NCBI GenBank assembly: GCA_036488585.1
Contig: DASXHH010000005.1
Location: forward strand, 7,147-71,146
Length of the DNA stretch: 64,000 nt
Source of the DNA: Candidatus Saccharimonadia bacterium
Lineage (GTDB): Bacteria > Patescibacteriota > Saccharimonadia > UBA4664
Direction of reading: 5' to 3'
This document shows, piece by piece, positions 10,902 through 20,992 of this stretch. The translations under genes and the position numbers were made by a program. Positions within the stretch are counted from its first letter, which is position 1. The number at the start of each line of letters is the position of its first letter. The notes below the pieces were generated by a model, which searched no databases, had not been told where the DNA came from, and saw only the letters and a program-made list of their open reading frames with translations.

Positions 10902-11354
10902 ATGTCTAACCTTACCCTCCGCCGCCTCCAGGCCGCCGACCCTGACCTCGCCCAAATAGCGGCCGAGCTCAACGCCGGCGACAACGAGATGTCGTCCAAG
11001 ACCTTCACTGCAGAGTCGCTGCGAGAATTCCTGTCCAATCCCGACCACTTCTACCTCATCGCTACCTCGGGCGGACAAATCGCCGGCGCCACCCACGGCT
11101 ACCTGCATGTCCACCCGGCCGGCCCCAGGTACCTCTACATTGACGAGGTCGACACCGTCAAACAGTTCCGCCGCCAGGGCGTTGCCACCGCCATGATGCA
11201 TGAGGCCTTCAACGTCGGTCGCGAGCTTGGCGTCACGGAAGTCTGGCTCGGCACCGAAAACGATAACGAACCTGCCAAAGCGTTATACCTCAGCCTCCGT
11301 CCTTCCGAGATCGAGCACGGCCCAATTTACACGTATAAGGTAAAGGAAAAATAA
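10902..11354 (+). CDS. GNAT N-acetyltransferase
   Basis: FRRQGVA motif and NEPAKALY. Confidence 0.85.
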   Translation: MSNLTLRRLQAADPDLAQIAAELNAGDNEMSSKTFTAESLREFLSNPDHFYLIATSGGQIAGATHGYLHVHPAGPRYLYIDEVDTVKQFRRQGVATAMMHEAFNVGRELGVTEVWLGTENDNEPAKALYLSLRPSEIEHGPIYTYKVKEK

Positions 11355-11611
11355 TGGAAGAGCGCAACGATGCCCAGCTCGACATGCTGGCCAAAATTCA
11401 CAATCAACTAGTCGATCTCAAACGGATCATGGTCGAAATCGAGCTCGCCCGGCCCGGCACATCCCAATCTTTGCAAACCCGCCTCCGCCAAATAGTCGGC
11501 AATGACCAGCACGTTGACGCTGCCGGCCAATTGGGCGCCTTGGCACAAAAGGAGCGTAAGGTCATCGCCCCCGGGGACAACAATATTCAGCCCGGTGAAG
11601 GCCGTGATTGA
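11354..11611 (+). CDS. Hypothetical protein (85 aa)
   Basis: Translationally coupled (TAATG) to the upstream GNAT gene. Confidence 0.55.
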   Translation: MEERNDAQLDMLAKIHNQLVDLKRIMVEIELARPGTSQSLQTRLRQIVGNDQHVDAAGQLGALAQKERKVIAPGDNNIQPGEGRD

Positions 11612-11698
11612 CACTCACCCGCGCGGAGCCTACCATTCAGGTATCAGCTCCTCGCTCAGGTTTCGGTCTAGCGGGGAGTTTGCATTAAGGTAAGTACT

Positions 11699-12022
11699 AT
11701 GAGGCAATACACTCAACTCCATCTCACCTGCGAGTCCGCCGAAGAGGCAGGCACCATCGCCCACGCCCTGCTTGAGCACCGACTTATTGTATGTGCCAAA
11801 ATAGTACCTGTGGAAACCAAGTTTTGGTGGCAAGGCGAAATCGAACAGGCCAGCGAGGTGGTTCTCATCATGGATTCGGCTGAAGACTTGTTCTTTGCCG
11901 TCGAGGCCGAAGTCGGCCGTATGCATTCCTACGAAACCTTTGTGTTGCAACAGCTCCCGCTCGTCGGCCTCAACGCCGCTGCCTCCGAGTGGATGGACGA
12001 AAACTTAAGGCCGGCAGAATAG
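11699..12022 (+). CDS. cutA: Divalent-cation tolerance protein CutA
   Basis: LLEHRLIVCA, FWWQGEIE and HSYET motifs. Confidence 0.85.
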   Translation: MRQYTQLHLTCESAEEAGTIAHALLEHRLIVCAKIVPVETKFWWQGEIEQASEVVLIMDSAEDLFFAVEAEVGRMHSYETFVLQQLPLVGLNAAASEWMDENLRPAE

Positions 12023-12035
12023 GAGAGCGGGCATA

Positions 12036-12737
12036 ATGAAAGTCTATGTAGACGGCGAAAATTTCATTCACAGCCTCACCGACGTATTGCGCCGCCATAA
12101 AAAAATCGCCAGCCGCCAGGACGTCAAAGCCTTCGATATCGCTGGCCTGTGCAGTGAAGCCTTAGGTGTTCGCGACCCCGAAATTCTCTATTACACCACC
12201 AAATTGCGTGAGGCCGAGGAAGAAACGCACGGCAAGGAAGTGGCCGACAAATCCAAAGAAATCATCGCCTGGGTGGCGGGCTGGAACACTATGCTAATGG
12301 AGCAGGGAGTAACGGTGGTCCGCGCCGGCCACCTCAAAATCCGCGAGGCCTTTCCCTGCCCTGAGTGCGGCCACATCCGCCACGTCTTCCAGGAAAAGGG
12401 CGTGGACGTGCGCCTGGCTGTGGACATCGTTCAGGAGGCAATTGCGCCCCAGGCCGATGTTGGCGGCGAGCAGGTTAATATGGCCGTCTTTAGCTCCGAT
12501 TCCGATCTCATCCCGGCCGTGCATGCCGTGCGGGCCAAGGGTCTGCGCGTCAAAAACCTAGCGCCGTCCGAAGGCCTCAACCTTGGTCTGGCCCGCAGTT
12601 GCGGCGAGTGGCAGTTAATTACCGACGATCAGTTCTTGAAAGCCTTTACCCGGGCTAAGCGCAAGCTCACGTCCCAGCCCGCCACCCCGCTGGATGTTAT
12701 CCAGTCAGAAATGAGAAACAATGCCGACGAAACGTGA
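12036..12737 (+). CDS. NYN domain (LabA/DUF88, PIN-like) protein
   Basis: [19 protein letters not shown] and SSDSDLIP motifs; internal CPECG. Confidence 0.85.
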   Translation: MKVYVDGENFIHSLTDVLRRHKKIASRQDVKAFDIAGLCSEALGVRDPEILYYTTKLREAEEETHGKEVADKSKEIIAWVAGWNTMLMEQGVTVVRAGHLKIREAFPCPECGHIRHVFQEKGVDVRLAVDIVQEAIAPQADVGGEQVNMAVFSSDSDLIPAVHAVRAKGLRVKNLAPSEGLNLGLARSCGEWQLITDDQFLKAFTRAKRKLTSQPATPLDVIQSEMRNNADET

Positions 12738-13848
12738 TTATTATGACATTTTAGGAGTGAGCAAATCGGCCTCCGCCGACGAAATTAAGCGCGCCTACCG
12801 CAAGCTCGCCATGGAACACCACCCCGACCGTCACGGTGGCGACGACTCCAAATTCAAGGAGCTCGGTGAAGCTTACGAAACACTCAAAGACCCAGGCAAA
12901 CGTGCGGCCTACGACCAATTTGGCCACACCGGCGCCCAGGGTAATCCGTTCGGCGGCTCAGGCCCGTTCGGGGGCGGGGGAGGAGCGCAAGGCTTCGGCG
13001 GCGCCCAGGGTTTCGAGGGCTTCGATTTTAGCGATATCCTGAACCAATTTATGGGCGGCTCAGGCCCGTTCGGCGGCGGGGGGCAAGGCCGTGGCCCGGC
13101 CCGCGGCCGCGATCTCGAGACCACCATCTCGATCGATTTCCTAGAGGCGGTCTTTGGCGCCGCCAAAGACGTTACGCTCACCGCCGACGACACCTGCGAG
13201 CATTGCAAGGGCATCGGTGCCGAGCCCGGCTCCAGCCTAAAAACCTGCTCCACCTGCTCTGGCCGCGGCCAGGTTACACGCGTGCAGCAAACCATTCTCG
13301 GCGCCATCCAGCAGACCACTGTTTGTCCGACGTGCCAAGGTCGGGGCCAAATCCCGGAGAAGCCCTGTACCGTCTGTCATGGCGCCGGCATTCGGCGCCG
13401 CACTCGCACACTCAAGGTTAAGATCCCGGCCGGCGTCGACCATGGCACCACCATCCGGCTCGGTGGTCAGGGTGCGGCCCCTCGCGGCGGCGGCGCCAAG
13501 GGTGATCTTTACGTCGCCATCCGGGTCCGTACCGACCGTCGCTTCGAGCGCACCGACCGCGATATTCTCAGCCAGGCCACTATTCCAATGGTCGAGGCCG
13601 CACTCGGCACCGAGATCGAGGTTGAAACCGTGGACGGCCCCGTCACCCTCAAAATCCCGGCCGGCACTCAATCAGGCAAGGTCTTCAGGCTATCCGGGCG
13701 CGGCGTTCCGGCCCTCACTCGTGGCTCCCGCGGTGACCACCTCGTGACCGTCCTCGTTGAGACCCCCACTAAGCTCTCCGCCAAACAGCGCGAACTACTC
13801 GAGCAATTCGCTGCCGATTTCAGCAAAAAAGGCTTTTGGAAGCGCTAA
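12721..13848 (+). CDS. dnaJ: Chaperone DnaJ
   Basis: J domain with HPD, G/F-rich region, four CxxCxGxG repeats. Confidence 0.97.
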   Translation: MPTKRDYYDILGVSKSASADEIKRAYRKLAMEHHPDRHGGDDSKFKELGEAYETLKDPGKRAAYDQFGHTGAQGNPFGGSGPFGGGGGAQGFGGAQGFEGFDFSDILNQFMGGSGPFGGGGQGRGPARGRDLETTISIDFLEAVFGAAKDVTLTADDTCEHCKGIGAEPGSSLKTCSTCSGRGQVTRVQQTILGAIQQTTVCPTCQGRGQIPEKPCTVCHGAGIRRRTRTLKVKIPAGVDHGTTIRLGGQGAAPRGGGAKGDLYVAIRVRTDRRFERTDRDILSQATIPMVEAALGTEIEVETVDGPVTLKIPAGTQSGKVFRLSGRGVPALTRGSRGDHLVTVLVETPTKLSAKQRELLEQFAADFSKKGFWKR

Positions 13849-13849
13849 G

Positions 13850-14155
13850 CTACAACCTTCCGCGCAGTCCCACAATCACGCCGCCGGCCACCAGCACCAA
13901 AGCCACCCAGCTGGGCGGCACGTCTAGCGCGTTGCCCACCGTGGCTCCGAACAGCACGTCGGCCACCAATCCCGCCAACACCCAGCGCGTGTACCAGTCG
14001 TCGAACCGTTTTTTGAAATCGCGGTGCCATAGCATTAGGCCAGTCCAGATCACGGCCATCGGCAGCGCCATGCCCAGGGCCGCTAGCGCGATCACCAGTA
14101 GCGCCAATCGTCCCCGGTCGTGCTCCCATATTTTCTTCTTGGCCTTAACGCTCAT
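13850..14155 (-). CDS. Small membrane protein
   Basis: MSVKAKKKIWEHD... 101 aa with 3-4 hydrophobic segments; -10-like TATATT 6 nt upstream. Confidence 0.55.
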   Translation of the reverse strand: MSVKAKKKIWEHDRGRLALLVIALAALGMALPMAVIWTGLMLWHRDFKKRFDDWYTRWVLAGLVADVLFGATVGNALDVPPSWVALVLVAGGVIVGLRGRL

Positions 14156-14204
14156 GCTTTTAATATAACAAACCGCCGGCCCGCTCGGTGTAAAATAGCA
14201 CCCA

Positions 14205-14600
14205 ATGGCATCTCTCACTCCCGAAACCACCCCCGAACCCGAAAGCACCGAGGCCAGCATCCGCCGCGGCACCCGGCAGTTGCGCCTGATGCTCGCGGCC
14301 ACAGGTCTGCTGGTCGTGCCCCAGGTCGGCCAATTCCTGGCCGTTCGCGACCTCAACATCTCCGGCCGTGTCTCCGACCTCACCTTTCTGTTCCAATACG
14401 CTGCCCTATTCTTCATTCCTACTAGTCTCATCGTTACTGCCGCCATCGCCTGGGCCGTCCGTCGCCGCTGGCGTCACCACGAACGTCTTCTCACCCTAGC
14501 CGGCATCAACACCCTCATCGCCGTCAATCTTATCTGGTTCCTGGTCAATAGCTGCAGCTGGTCGCAGGTCTTCGGCCTCGCTCTCCGAGGCTGCCGTTAA
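14205..14600 (+). CDS. Membrane hypothetical protein
   Basis: Three hydrophobic segments; TAAAAT 8 nt upstream. Confidence 0.55.
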   Translation: MASLTPETTPEPESTEASIRRGTRQLRLMLAATGLLVVPQVGQFLAVRDLNISGRVSDLTFLFQYAALFFIPTSLIVTAAIAWAVRRRWRHHERLLTLAGINTLIAVNLIWFLVNSCSWSQVFGLALRGCR

Positions 14601-14624
14601 AAGTCCTTATGCTACCATAAGCAC

Positions 14625-14849
14625 ATGAGTAAATTCCGCCGCCTTCTAGGCTACCTACCACCCGCTCTCATAGTTGGCGGCTTAGGCTATTTCGTTTATT
14701 ACTCCATCGCTCTCTACCAGCCCGCCAGCCACCTGGCTTGCGGACAATCCGTGGTTGCGCGTCAAACCGACATCGCCGTCCATGTCGTACGCCAATGGTT
14801 TGGTAAGGAGGGCCAGCAGTATCAGGGCTGCCAGGAGTCAAACCTATGA
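14625..14849 (+). CDS. Small single-pass membrane protein
   Basis: N-terminal TM and a Cys pair; ATGA overlap with the next gene. Confidence 0.5.
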   Translation: MSKFRRLLGYLPPALIVGGLGYFVYYSIALYQPASHLACGQSVVARQTDIAVHVVRQWFGKEGQQYQGCQESNL

Positions 14850-15346
14850 CCCTAAACCACTTGCCAGCTGAACTACCTGTGCTAAACACCAACACTATCG
14901 TCATCACTGGACTCGTAGTAGCGGGCCTCTATGGCCTCATGGCTGGCAAACAGCGCCTGCGCATCCTCATCCTCAGCGTTTATGTCGGCATCGTCATCGC
15001 CGAGCAATTCACCGGCATGATTGCGCCCTCGGTGAAATTTATGGGCCACGACCAAGTTAGCTGGGCGCTGCTCGGCATCCCCATCTTGATCTTCGGCTTC
15101 CTCGGCGTTGTCCATGGCAAGGGCCACGCCAAGGGCTGGGTCATCGGCAACATCATCGTTGGCCTACTCACTGGTGCGCTCATCATCTCGAGCGGCTTGC
15201 GCCTGCTGCCCACCAGCGAGCTCACCGCCGTCGACTCCGACTCGTTTCTGGCCATGAACCTGCAGCAATTCCACCCTTATATCCTTGGCCTGCTCCCGGT
15301 GGTGGCGCTGGTGCTCGGCTTCATGAAATCCGAAAAAAAGCACTAA
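14846..15346 (+). CDS. Multi-pass membrane hypothetical protein
   Basis: About five TM segments; host-like codon usage. Confidence 0.7.
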   Translation: MTLNHLPAELPVLNTNTIVITGLVVAGLYGLMAGKQRLRILILSVYVGIVIAEQFTGMIAPSVKFMGHDQVSWALLGIPILIFGFLGVVHGKGHAKGWVIGNIIVGLLTGALIISSGLRLLPTSELTAVDSDSFLAMNLQQFHPYILGLLPVVALVLGFMKSEKKH

Positions 15347-15422
15347 TCCCCCGCCTCCAATGCATTGCCAGATAAGGCAAATTAGGTTACTATTGAGCGG
15401 TTAAAAACCTGCCCGCGCATGT

Positions 15423-15499
15423 GGGCCCATAGCTCAGTTGGTTAGAGCAGCTGCCTTTTAAGCAGCGTGTCCTGGGTTCGAGCCCCAGTGGGCCCTCCA
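15423..15499 (+). tRNA. tRNA-Lys(UUU)
   Basis: GGGCCCA acceptor stem, GCTGC-CT-TTT-AA-GCAGC anticodon arm, GTTCGAG T-loop, encoded CCA. Confidence 0.95.
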
Positions 15500-15525
15500 G
15501 TAATCATCACTGCTAAGCTAGCTTC

Positions 15526-16020
15526 GTGACACAACAAGTCGTTACTCTTGCCACAGTTCCCGAAAAAGACAAAGGTATCTTGTCTAAGCTTCTTCATGAC
15601 TATCAGCTTGAGCTAATTCCCTACAATGACGGTGAGGGTCACGAGGAAGCTACAGAGTATAAATACTTGCCAGATTATTTCACCGACCCGAACCGCTCGG
15701 CATTCTTCATTTTAAGGGGCGATGACATCGCTGGCTTTGTCCTTGTAAACACCCATACGCTAATTGAGCCTCATGCCCATTCAATTGCTGAGTTTTATGT
15801 CGCTCCGCCCCTTCGGCATAGCGGGGTAGGGGAGCGAGCAGCGATGTTAACGTTTGAGAAGTTCCCGGGTAGATGGGAAGTGGCACAAATGGAAGCAAAC
15901 CAACCGGCGATAGCATTTTGGAGGAAAACGATTTATAAGGCTACAGGCGGTCAATATACCGAGGCAGCTCTAAATACCGAAGCTTGGCACGGACCCGTCC
16001 AGATATTTGACGTGCGTTAG
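15526..16020 (+). CDS. GNAT N-acetyltransferase
   Basis: IAEFYV..LRHSGVG and NQPAIAFWRK motifs. Confidence 0.85.
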   Translation: MTQQVVTLATVPEKDKGILSKLLHDYQLELIPYNDGEGHEEATEYKYLPDYFTDPNRSAFFILRGDDIAGFVLVNTHTLIEPHAHSIAEFYVAPPLRHSGVGERAAMLTFEKFPGRWEVAQMEANQPAIAFWRKTIYKATGGQYTEAALNTEAWHGPVQIFDVR

Positions 16021-16058
16021 CACCTGAGTTCTAACAGCCAGCACGATCCATAGCACTT

Positions 16059-16820
16059 ATGCTTAAAATGGCTCCGCATAGAGTCATTTTTGTTTGGTAT
16101 TATTATTCCGTGATTATTATCAAAAACGATTTCCGCGTAAAGGAAGCCCTCGTACCCTCGGACAAAGTTATTTTTCTTTTTACAGCCATGGGGACCAGGA
16201 TTGGAGCATATCCGTATCGTTTTTTCGTTAAGCAATTTAACAAGAGGGGCTATTCGTGCGTCGTATATGACTATCCTCGGCGAATAGTATTCAGCGGTGA
16301 TACAAAATTATGGCGTCGGTTCTTCAATGAAATAGTTACCGATGGCCAGGAGCGAGTAAAAATGTTTAAAAAACAAGGAGTTACGCATTTCTACTCCTAC
16401 GGCGTAAGTATGGGAACTTTATGCGCTAATAAGTTCACCCGCGATACGCCGGAGATTAGTCATGTTGTTCTGAACCTGACTTACGGAGACGTGGCTCGAA
16501 ATATTTGGACTTTCAAGAGCGTGAAAAAAGCCAAGTTGAGCCTGCTGGGACAAGGCATTGACGAAGAAGCGGTTCGACGGGAAATCACATACCTTGACCC
16601 GGTATATAATGCAGCTGGTCTAATAGGCAGGAGGGTAATGCTGCAGTTAGCCAAACGCGATAAGATTTTCCCCTATGACCAGACAAAATATACGAAACTA
16701 GCGTTCGAGGCAGCCGAGCTTGATATGGTCTATTCGGAAAACAAATTCCTCAGTCATCTGCCGGCCGCTACAAAGAACTTGTTGTCCATATCGAGCATCG
16801 ATAAGTTTTTCTCCTCATGA
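16059..16820 (+). CDS. Alpha/beta-hydrolase fold protein (start may be GTG 16110)
   Basis: GVSMG nucleophile elbow with downstream Asp (DKIF) and His (SH); AT-rich codons. Confidence 0.65.
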   Translation: MLKMAPHRVIFVWYYYSVIIIKNDFRVKEALVPSDKVIFLFTAMGTRIGAYPYRFFVKQFNKRGYSCVVYDYPRRIVFSGDTKLWRRFFNEIVTDGQERVKMFKKQGVTHFYSYGVSMGTLCANKFTRDTPEISHVVLNLTYGDVARNIWTFKSVKKAKLSLLGQGIDEEAVRREITYLDPVYNAAGLIGRRVMLQLAKRDKIFPYDQTKYTKLAFEAAELDMVYSENKFLSHLPAATKNLLSISSIDKFFSS

Positions 16821-16922
16821 AGGTCGTCATTACGCTGGTTCGCTAGCATTGTAATGGGCGGCTTCGTTTCTGTAAGTACGGTTGCAATAGTGACCACGAT
16901 GGCCCTCCAATTTCAGACCCTT

Positions 16923-16946
16923 AAGACTTCCATGGAAGTCTTTTTC
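16923..16946 (+). terminator. Intrinsic terminator, possibly the displaced tRNA-Lys terminator
   Basis: AAGACTTC-CATG-GAAGTCTT followed by a T tract. Confidence 0.7.
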
Positions 16947-17080
16947 TTTTGAAAAAAGTCACGATACTAGTTGCCATGTTCAACTCTCCGCACGCAAAAA
17001 TTATAGGCTGCTGTTTACCAAGCCACGCCTTTTTGCTACAATTATGTCAACATCTACAGATTTAATACGCGAGAAAAGCT

Positions 17081-17821
17081 ATGTCCGGACACTCCAAATG
17101 GGCTTCCATTAAGCACCAGAAAGCCGTGAAAGACGCGCGCCGCGGCGCCTCTTTCACTAAATTTGCCAATTTAATCTCGGTGGCCGCCCGCTCCGGCGCC
17201 GATCCCGAGACTAACTTCAAACTACGCCTAGCCGTGGATAAGGCCCGCAAGTCCGGCGTCCCTAATGCCAACATCGACCGCGCCATCAAGCGTGGCTCCG
17301 GCGCGGAAGGTGGAGCCACCTTCGAGGAGATCACCTACGAGGGCTACGGTCCCGGCGGCGTCGCCATCATTGTCGAAACCGCCACCGATAACCGCAACCG
17401 CACCGCGCCAGACGTCCGCACCGCCTTCGGTAAACACGGCGGCACCATGGGCACGACTGGCTCCGTGGCCTACCAATTCACCCAGCGTGGCGTCATTATC
17501 ATCGACTCTATCGATCTTGAAGCCGCCACCATGGACGCCATTGAAACCGGCGCCGAGGACGTCGAGGAGGGCGAGGCCCAACTCATCGTCTATACCAAAC
17601 CCACTGAGCTTGACGCCGTTCGCAAGGGCTTAGCTGAAAAGGGCTATACCATCGAGAAGGCCGAACTCTCATTCGAACCCAATACCACCGTTCCTGTCAC
17701 CGACGAGGCCACCGCTCGCAAACTTATTCGCCTCATGGACGCACTCGACGAGCTCGACGACGTCACTGCCACCTATACCAACTTTGACATCTCGCCCGAG
17801 CTTATGGAGCAGCTCGCTTAA
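17081..17821 (+). CDS. yebC: YebC/PmpR family protein
   Basis: MSGHSKW, YEGYGPGG and TDNRNRT motifs; upstream of ruvC. Confidence 0.95.
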   Translation: MSGHSKWASIKHQKAVKDARRGASFTKFANLISVAARSGADPETNFKLRLAVDKARKSGVPNANIDRAIKRGSGAEGGATFEEITYEGYGPGGVAIIVETATDNRNRTAPDVRTAFGKHGGTMGTTGSVAYQFTQRGVIIIDSIDLEAATMDAIETGAEDVEEGEAQLIVYTKPTELDAVRKGLAEKGYTIEKAELSFEPNTTVPVTDEATARKLIRLMDALDELDDVTATYTNFDISPELMEQLA

Positions 17822-17895
17822 ACCAGCGCCAGCCACTCACTTTGTGTGCCGGGCCTCAAGGCGTTAGCCATCCGAATACCTGATAATATAAAAAC

Positions 17896-18384
17896 ATGAG
17901 GATTATGGGCGTAGATCCCGGCACCGCTACCACTGGCTTCGGCGTGGTCGAATATTCGCATGGCCACTGTAAATTCGTGGACGCTGGCATAATCATTACT
18001 CCACCAGACATGCCCATGCCCGACCGACTGGTGATGCTACACGAAGAGCTGTCGCAGGTTATCGCCGAAACCAAGCCAGAGCAGGCCTCCGTGGAGCTGC
18101 TCTATTTTTCGACCAACGTCACCACCGCCATTTCAGTCGGCCAAGCTCGCGGTGTCATTTTGCTAACCCTGGCCGAAGCTGGGCTCATTCCTGCCGAGTA
18201 CACGCCCATGCAAATCAAGCAGGCGGTTACGGGGTACGGCGGTGCCAAAAAGCCCCAAATTCAGGACATGGTACGCAACCTCTTGAGCCTGCCTACCATC
18301 CCCAAACCCGACGATGCCGCCGACGGCCTGGCCATCGCCATCACTCACGCGCACCAACTGCGTCCTACAGCTGGTAAAGTTTAG
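17896..18384 (+). CDS. ruvC: Holliday junction resolvase RuvC
   Basis: GVDPG, GQARG, IKQAVTGYG and PDDAADGLAIA motifs. Confidence 0.95.
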   Translation: MRIMGVDPGTATTGFGVVEYSHGHCKFVDAGIIITPPDMPMPDRLVMLHEELSQVIAETKPEQASVELLYFSTNVTTAISVGQARGVILLTLAEAGLIPAEYTPMQIKQAVTGYGGAKKPQIQDMVRNLLSLPTIPKPDDAADGLAIAITHAHQLRPTAGKV

Positions 18385-19948
18385 TCCGGTAATCCTCGAG
18401 CATGCGTGCCGCCGTGAATTGCTCTTCGGTTAGCTTCACCACCGCCCGCATACGCCGCATCCAATCCTGAGGCACGCCGGCCTCGTCTCGGCCGTAAAAC
18501 GCCGGCAGCACCTCCTGCTCCAAGGTCTTATATAGTGCCTCCGCCGGCTCGGCGTCCGGGATCTCCCAGCCGATGGCCGGCAGCTCCACCTCATCTAGCC
18601 AGCCGTCGCGAGTTGAAAGCTGTAGCGCGCCGTTCAGCCCCGCCTTCATGCCACTGGTGCCGCAAGCCTCCATGCCCCGCGTCGGCGTGTTCAACCATAC
18701 GTCGGCACCCGCCACCAGCCGCCGCGACACGCTGGTGGAATAGTGCGGCAGGTAGAGCAGCCGTCCCGCAAAATCGGGATTTTGTGCCAATTCCACCAGC
18801 TGCTCCAAAATTCGCGTGCCTTCCTCGTCGGTCGGGTTGGCATTGCCTGACACCACCAGCTGGAACCCCGGATCGCCAGTGAGCAGCCGCTGCAGCCGCG
18901 TCACATCGCTAAACAGCAGCATCGGCCGTTTGTACGGCGCAAATCGCCGTGCCCACACCACCGTCAGCCGGTCCGGGTTGAGGTTGACGCCCACCTGCTT
19001 GTTCAAGTACTCCACCATCGTTCGTCGGTTGTCGCCGTGCCGCCGCCACAACTCACTATCAGTCAGCTTATCCGCCGGTCCCTCCAGGTTAGATTCCTGC
19101 CAGCGAGGCCGGTGTACACCGTTGGTTACGGGTATGAGCTGGCTTTCGGGATGCTGCTCGTGCTCAATTTTGGCGTGCAACTGGCTCACCGCGGAGCTCC
19201 GTATCGCCGACCCAATCATAAAGGCAGTGGTCGAAAACGTTTCCGGGGCCGAGGCCTTGGGGCCGGCCGCCAGCAGTTCGTGGGCACTCCAGCCATATCG
19301 GTCTAAGTATTTGCCAAACAATCTCTCCAGCATCGACTCATCAGCAAAGTCGCCCGCCCCCGCCAGAATCGTGTGCTTGCTCCCCACAACCTGCGACCGC
19401 ACTCCCTCGATGGCGTCGGCCAACGTCATACGACCGTGCTCGTCGCGGAGCCGAGCCGCCAGTGCCAGCGGTACAAACGCCATGTGGCCCTCGTTTAAGT
19501 GGTAACGATCGGGCTTTACACTCAAAAAATTCAGCGCTGCCAAGCTCGCCTCCGCCACCACGAATTCTTGCAGCAATCGCGTGCTCACATCCGGGTCGTA
19601 CAGGTTGGAAGTTAACCAGCGGCTCAGCACCGAGTTGTCCTCCCGATCGGCGTCAATCAGCACTAGTCGCGTCGTGCCGAATTCCCGCTCCCATGCCCAG
19701 CACTTCACCTGCCAATCGCCAAAATCCACCACCGTCTCAAATACCTGGCCGTCTCGCTCCAGCCGCTTAAAGCCGGCCGCCCCCAAGCGCCCCTGGTAGG
19801 CTGCCCCAAATGCCACCACTTGCCAGCCCTGTGCGGCCGCCTCCATCACGTAATCGGCCGCCAGCACGCCCAGCCCGCCCGCGTACATTGGCAGACCATC
19901 ACTTGTGGCGTACTCGGCAGCGTAATAGGCGATAGTCGGCTTAGTCAT
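18365..19948 (-). CDS. glgP: Alpha-glucan (glycogen) phosphorylase, compact form
   Basis: YAGGLGVLA, HLNEGH, VTNGVH, ARRFAPYKR and EACGTSGMKA motifs. Confidence 0.88.
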   Translation of the reverse strand: MTKPTIAYYAAEYATSDGLPMYAGGLGVLAADYVMEAAAQGWQVVAFGAAYQGRLGAAGFKRLERDGQVFETVVDFGDWQVKCWAWEREFGTTRLVLIDADREDNSVLSRWLTSNLYDPDVSTRLLQEFVVAEASLAALNFLSVKPDRYHLNEGHMAFVPLALAARLRDEHGRMTLADAIEGVRSQVVGSKHTILAGAGDFADESMLERLFGKYLDRYGWSAHELLAAGPKASAPETFSTTAFMIGSAIRSSAVSQLHAKIEHEQHPESQLIPVTNGVHRPRWQESNLEGPADKLTDSELWRRHGDNRRTMVEYLNKQVGVNLNPDRLTVVWARRFAPYKRPMLLFSDVTRLQRLLTGDPGFQLVVSGNANPTDEEGTRILEQLVELAQNPDFAGRLLYLPHYSTSVSRRLVAGADVWLNTPTRGMEACGTSGMKAGLNGALQLSTRDGWLDEVELPAIGWEIPDAEPAEALYKTLEQEVLPAFYGRDEAGVPQDWMRRMRAVVKLTEEQFTAARMLEDYRTKLYQL

Positions 19949-20018
19949 CTTGGCTCCAGATAATGCTTTTCCATATCATATACGATCAGCTAGCATCCTG
20001 AATATTCACGGGCCGCCC

Positions 20019-20969
20019 TTACGCGCTGCGAGGCGTCAACGCCATTGTCGGATACACCGTTTCTGGCCTCGTAGCCCGCGTTCGCGCCCGCACGGCTCGT
20101 GCCCGCTTGTCGAGCTCCAGCCACGACCTAAACTGCCGCCAGTTGGCGTTCACCACGCGTTCCGGCTCGATGTCCGCCGCCATCATCCCGCCGACACAGT
20201 CCGCCACCCGGGACCGTCCCGGGTGACCTAGATCCAGCCAATCGTGCACGAACCGCTCGCGCTGTAACCGGTTATGAATGTCGCTCCCCAGGAATACGTC
20301 CGCGCCCGAGTTGGCCAATGCCCGAAGCCATTCCGCCCAAAATCTCGCCCGAGCCGGCTCGCGCTTCGGGTCTGGGTAAATGTTCATATTCACTTCAATC
20401 GCCGTACCCGTGGCCGCTGCCCGCTCCAAAATCCGAGACCAGTCCATGCCCCTAAGGCCCTCGATATGCCGCACCGGATGACCAATCACGTCCACTCCGG
20501 GATTGGCGCATGCCCGCTCAAACATCTCCTGCAGCGCCTCAGCATTGTGGTCGATTTCATCTGGAACGACGTGAACTGAGGCAATCACCAGCTCACAGTC
20601 CTCGGTGAGCTCCCAGGGCAAATCGGTGCGGCCGTCTGCCAGCAGGCTGGCCTCAAATCCAAATAGCACCCGCACCCCGTCCACCTGCTCGCGCCACCGC
20701 CGCCGGTCCAACGCTTGGGCCCGTAGGCTGTGCATCCGCAACGGCGCCGGCCACGCCGGATTCGAGGAGTGGTCGTTAATCATCACGTATTGTAGAGGCG
20801 AGCGCGGATCACCGACCAGTCCTGCTCGTACCAGCTCGTCGATCAATGCTCCCACCGTCTGGTCGCTCTCATGGTGGCCCGGAAAGTTGCTCAGGCGGGT
20901 GTGAACATGCGCCAACCCACCTACATACTGCTCAATTATCGCCCTATCAACCCGGTCCACATCATGCAT
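20019..20969 (-). CDS. PHP-domain metal-dependent phosphoesterase
   Basis: HVHT, NDHS, GFEA, SVH, GHP and GSDIH metal ligands. Confidence 0.8.
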   Translation of the reverse strand: MHDVDRVDRAIIEQYVGGLAHVHTRLSNFPGHHESDQTVGALIDELVRAGLVGDPRSPLQYVMINDHSSNPAWPAPLRMHSLRAQALDRRRWREQVDGVRVLFGFEASLLADGRTDLPWELTEDCELVIASVHVVPDEIDHNAEALQEMFERACANPGVDVIGHPVRHIEGLRGMDWSRILERAAATGTAIEVNMNIYPDPKREPARARFWAEWLRALANSGADVFLGSDIHNRLQRERFVHDWLDLGHPGRSRVADCVGGMMAADIEPERVVNANWRQFRSWLELDKRARAVRARTRATRPETVYPTMALTPRSA

Positions 20970-20992
20970 ACGCCTTATAGTATAGCGTAGTT

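Larger units (their letters stand above)
15500..16909. mobile_element. Integrase-less islet at the tRNA-Lys 3' end
   Basis: Bounded by direct repeat GGCCCTCCA (15491-15499 and 16901-16909); visibly more AT-rich than flanks; terminator hairpin follows the distal repeat. Confidence 0.65.

Noticed and set aside
12952-13073. 20-bp direct repeat GGCGGCTCAGGCCCGTTCGG in dnaJ
   Set aside because: Encodes GGSGPFG twice in the low-complexity G/F region; only two copies, so not CRISPR or a mobile element.
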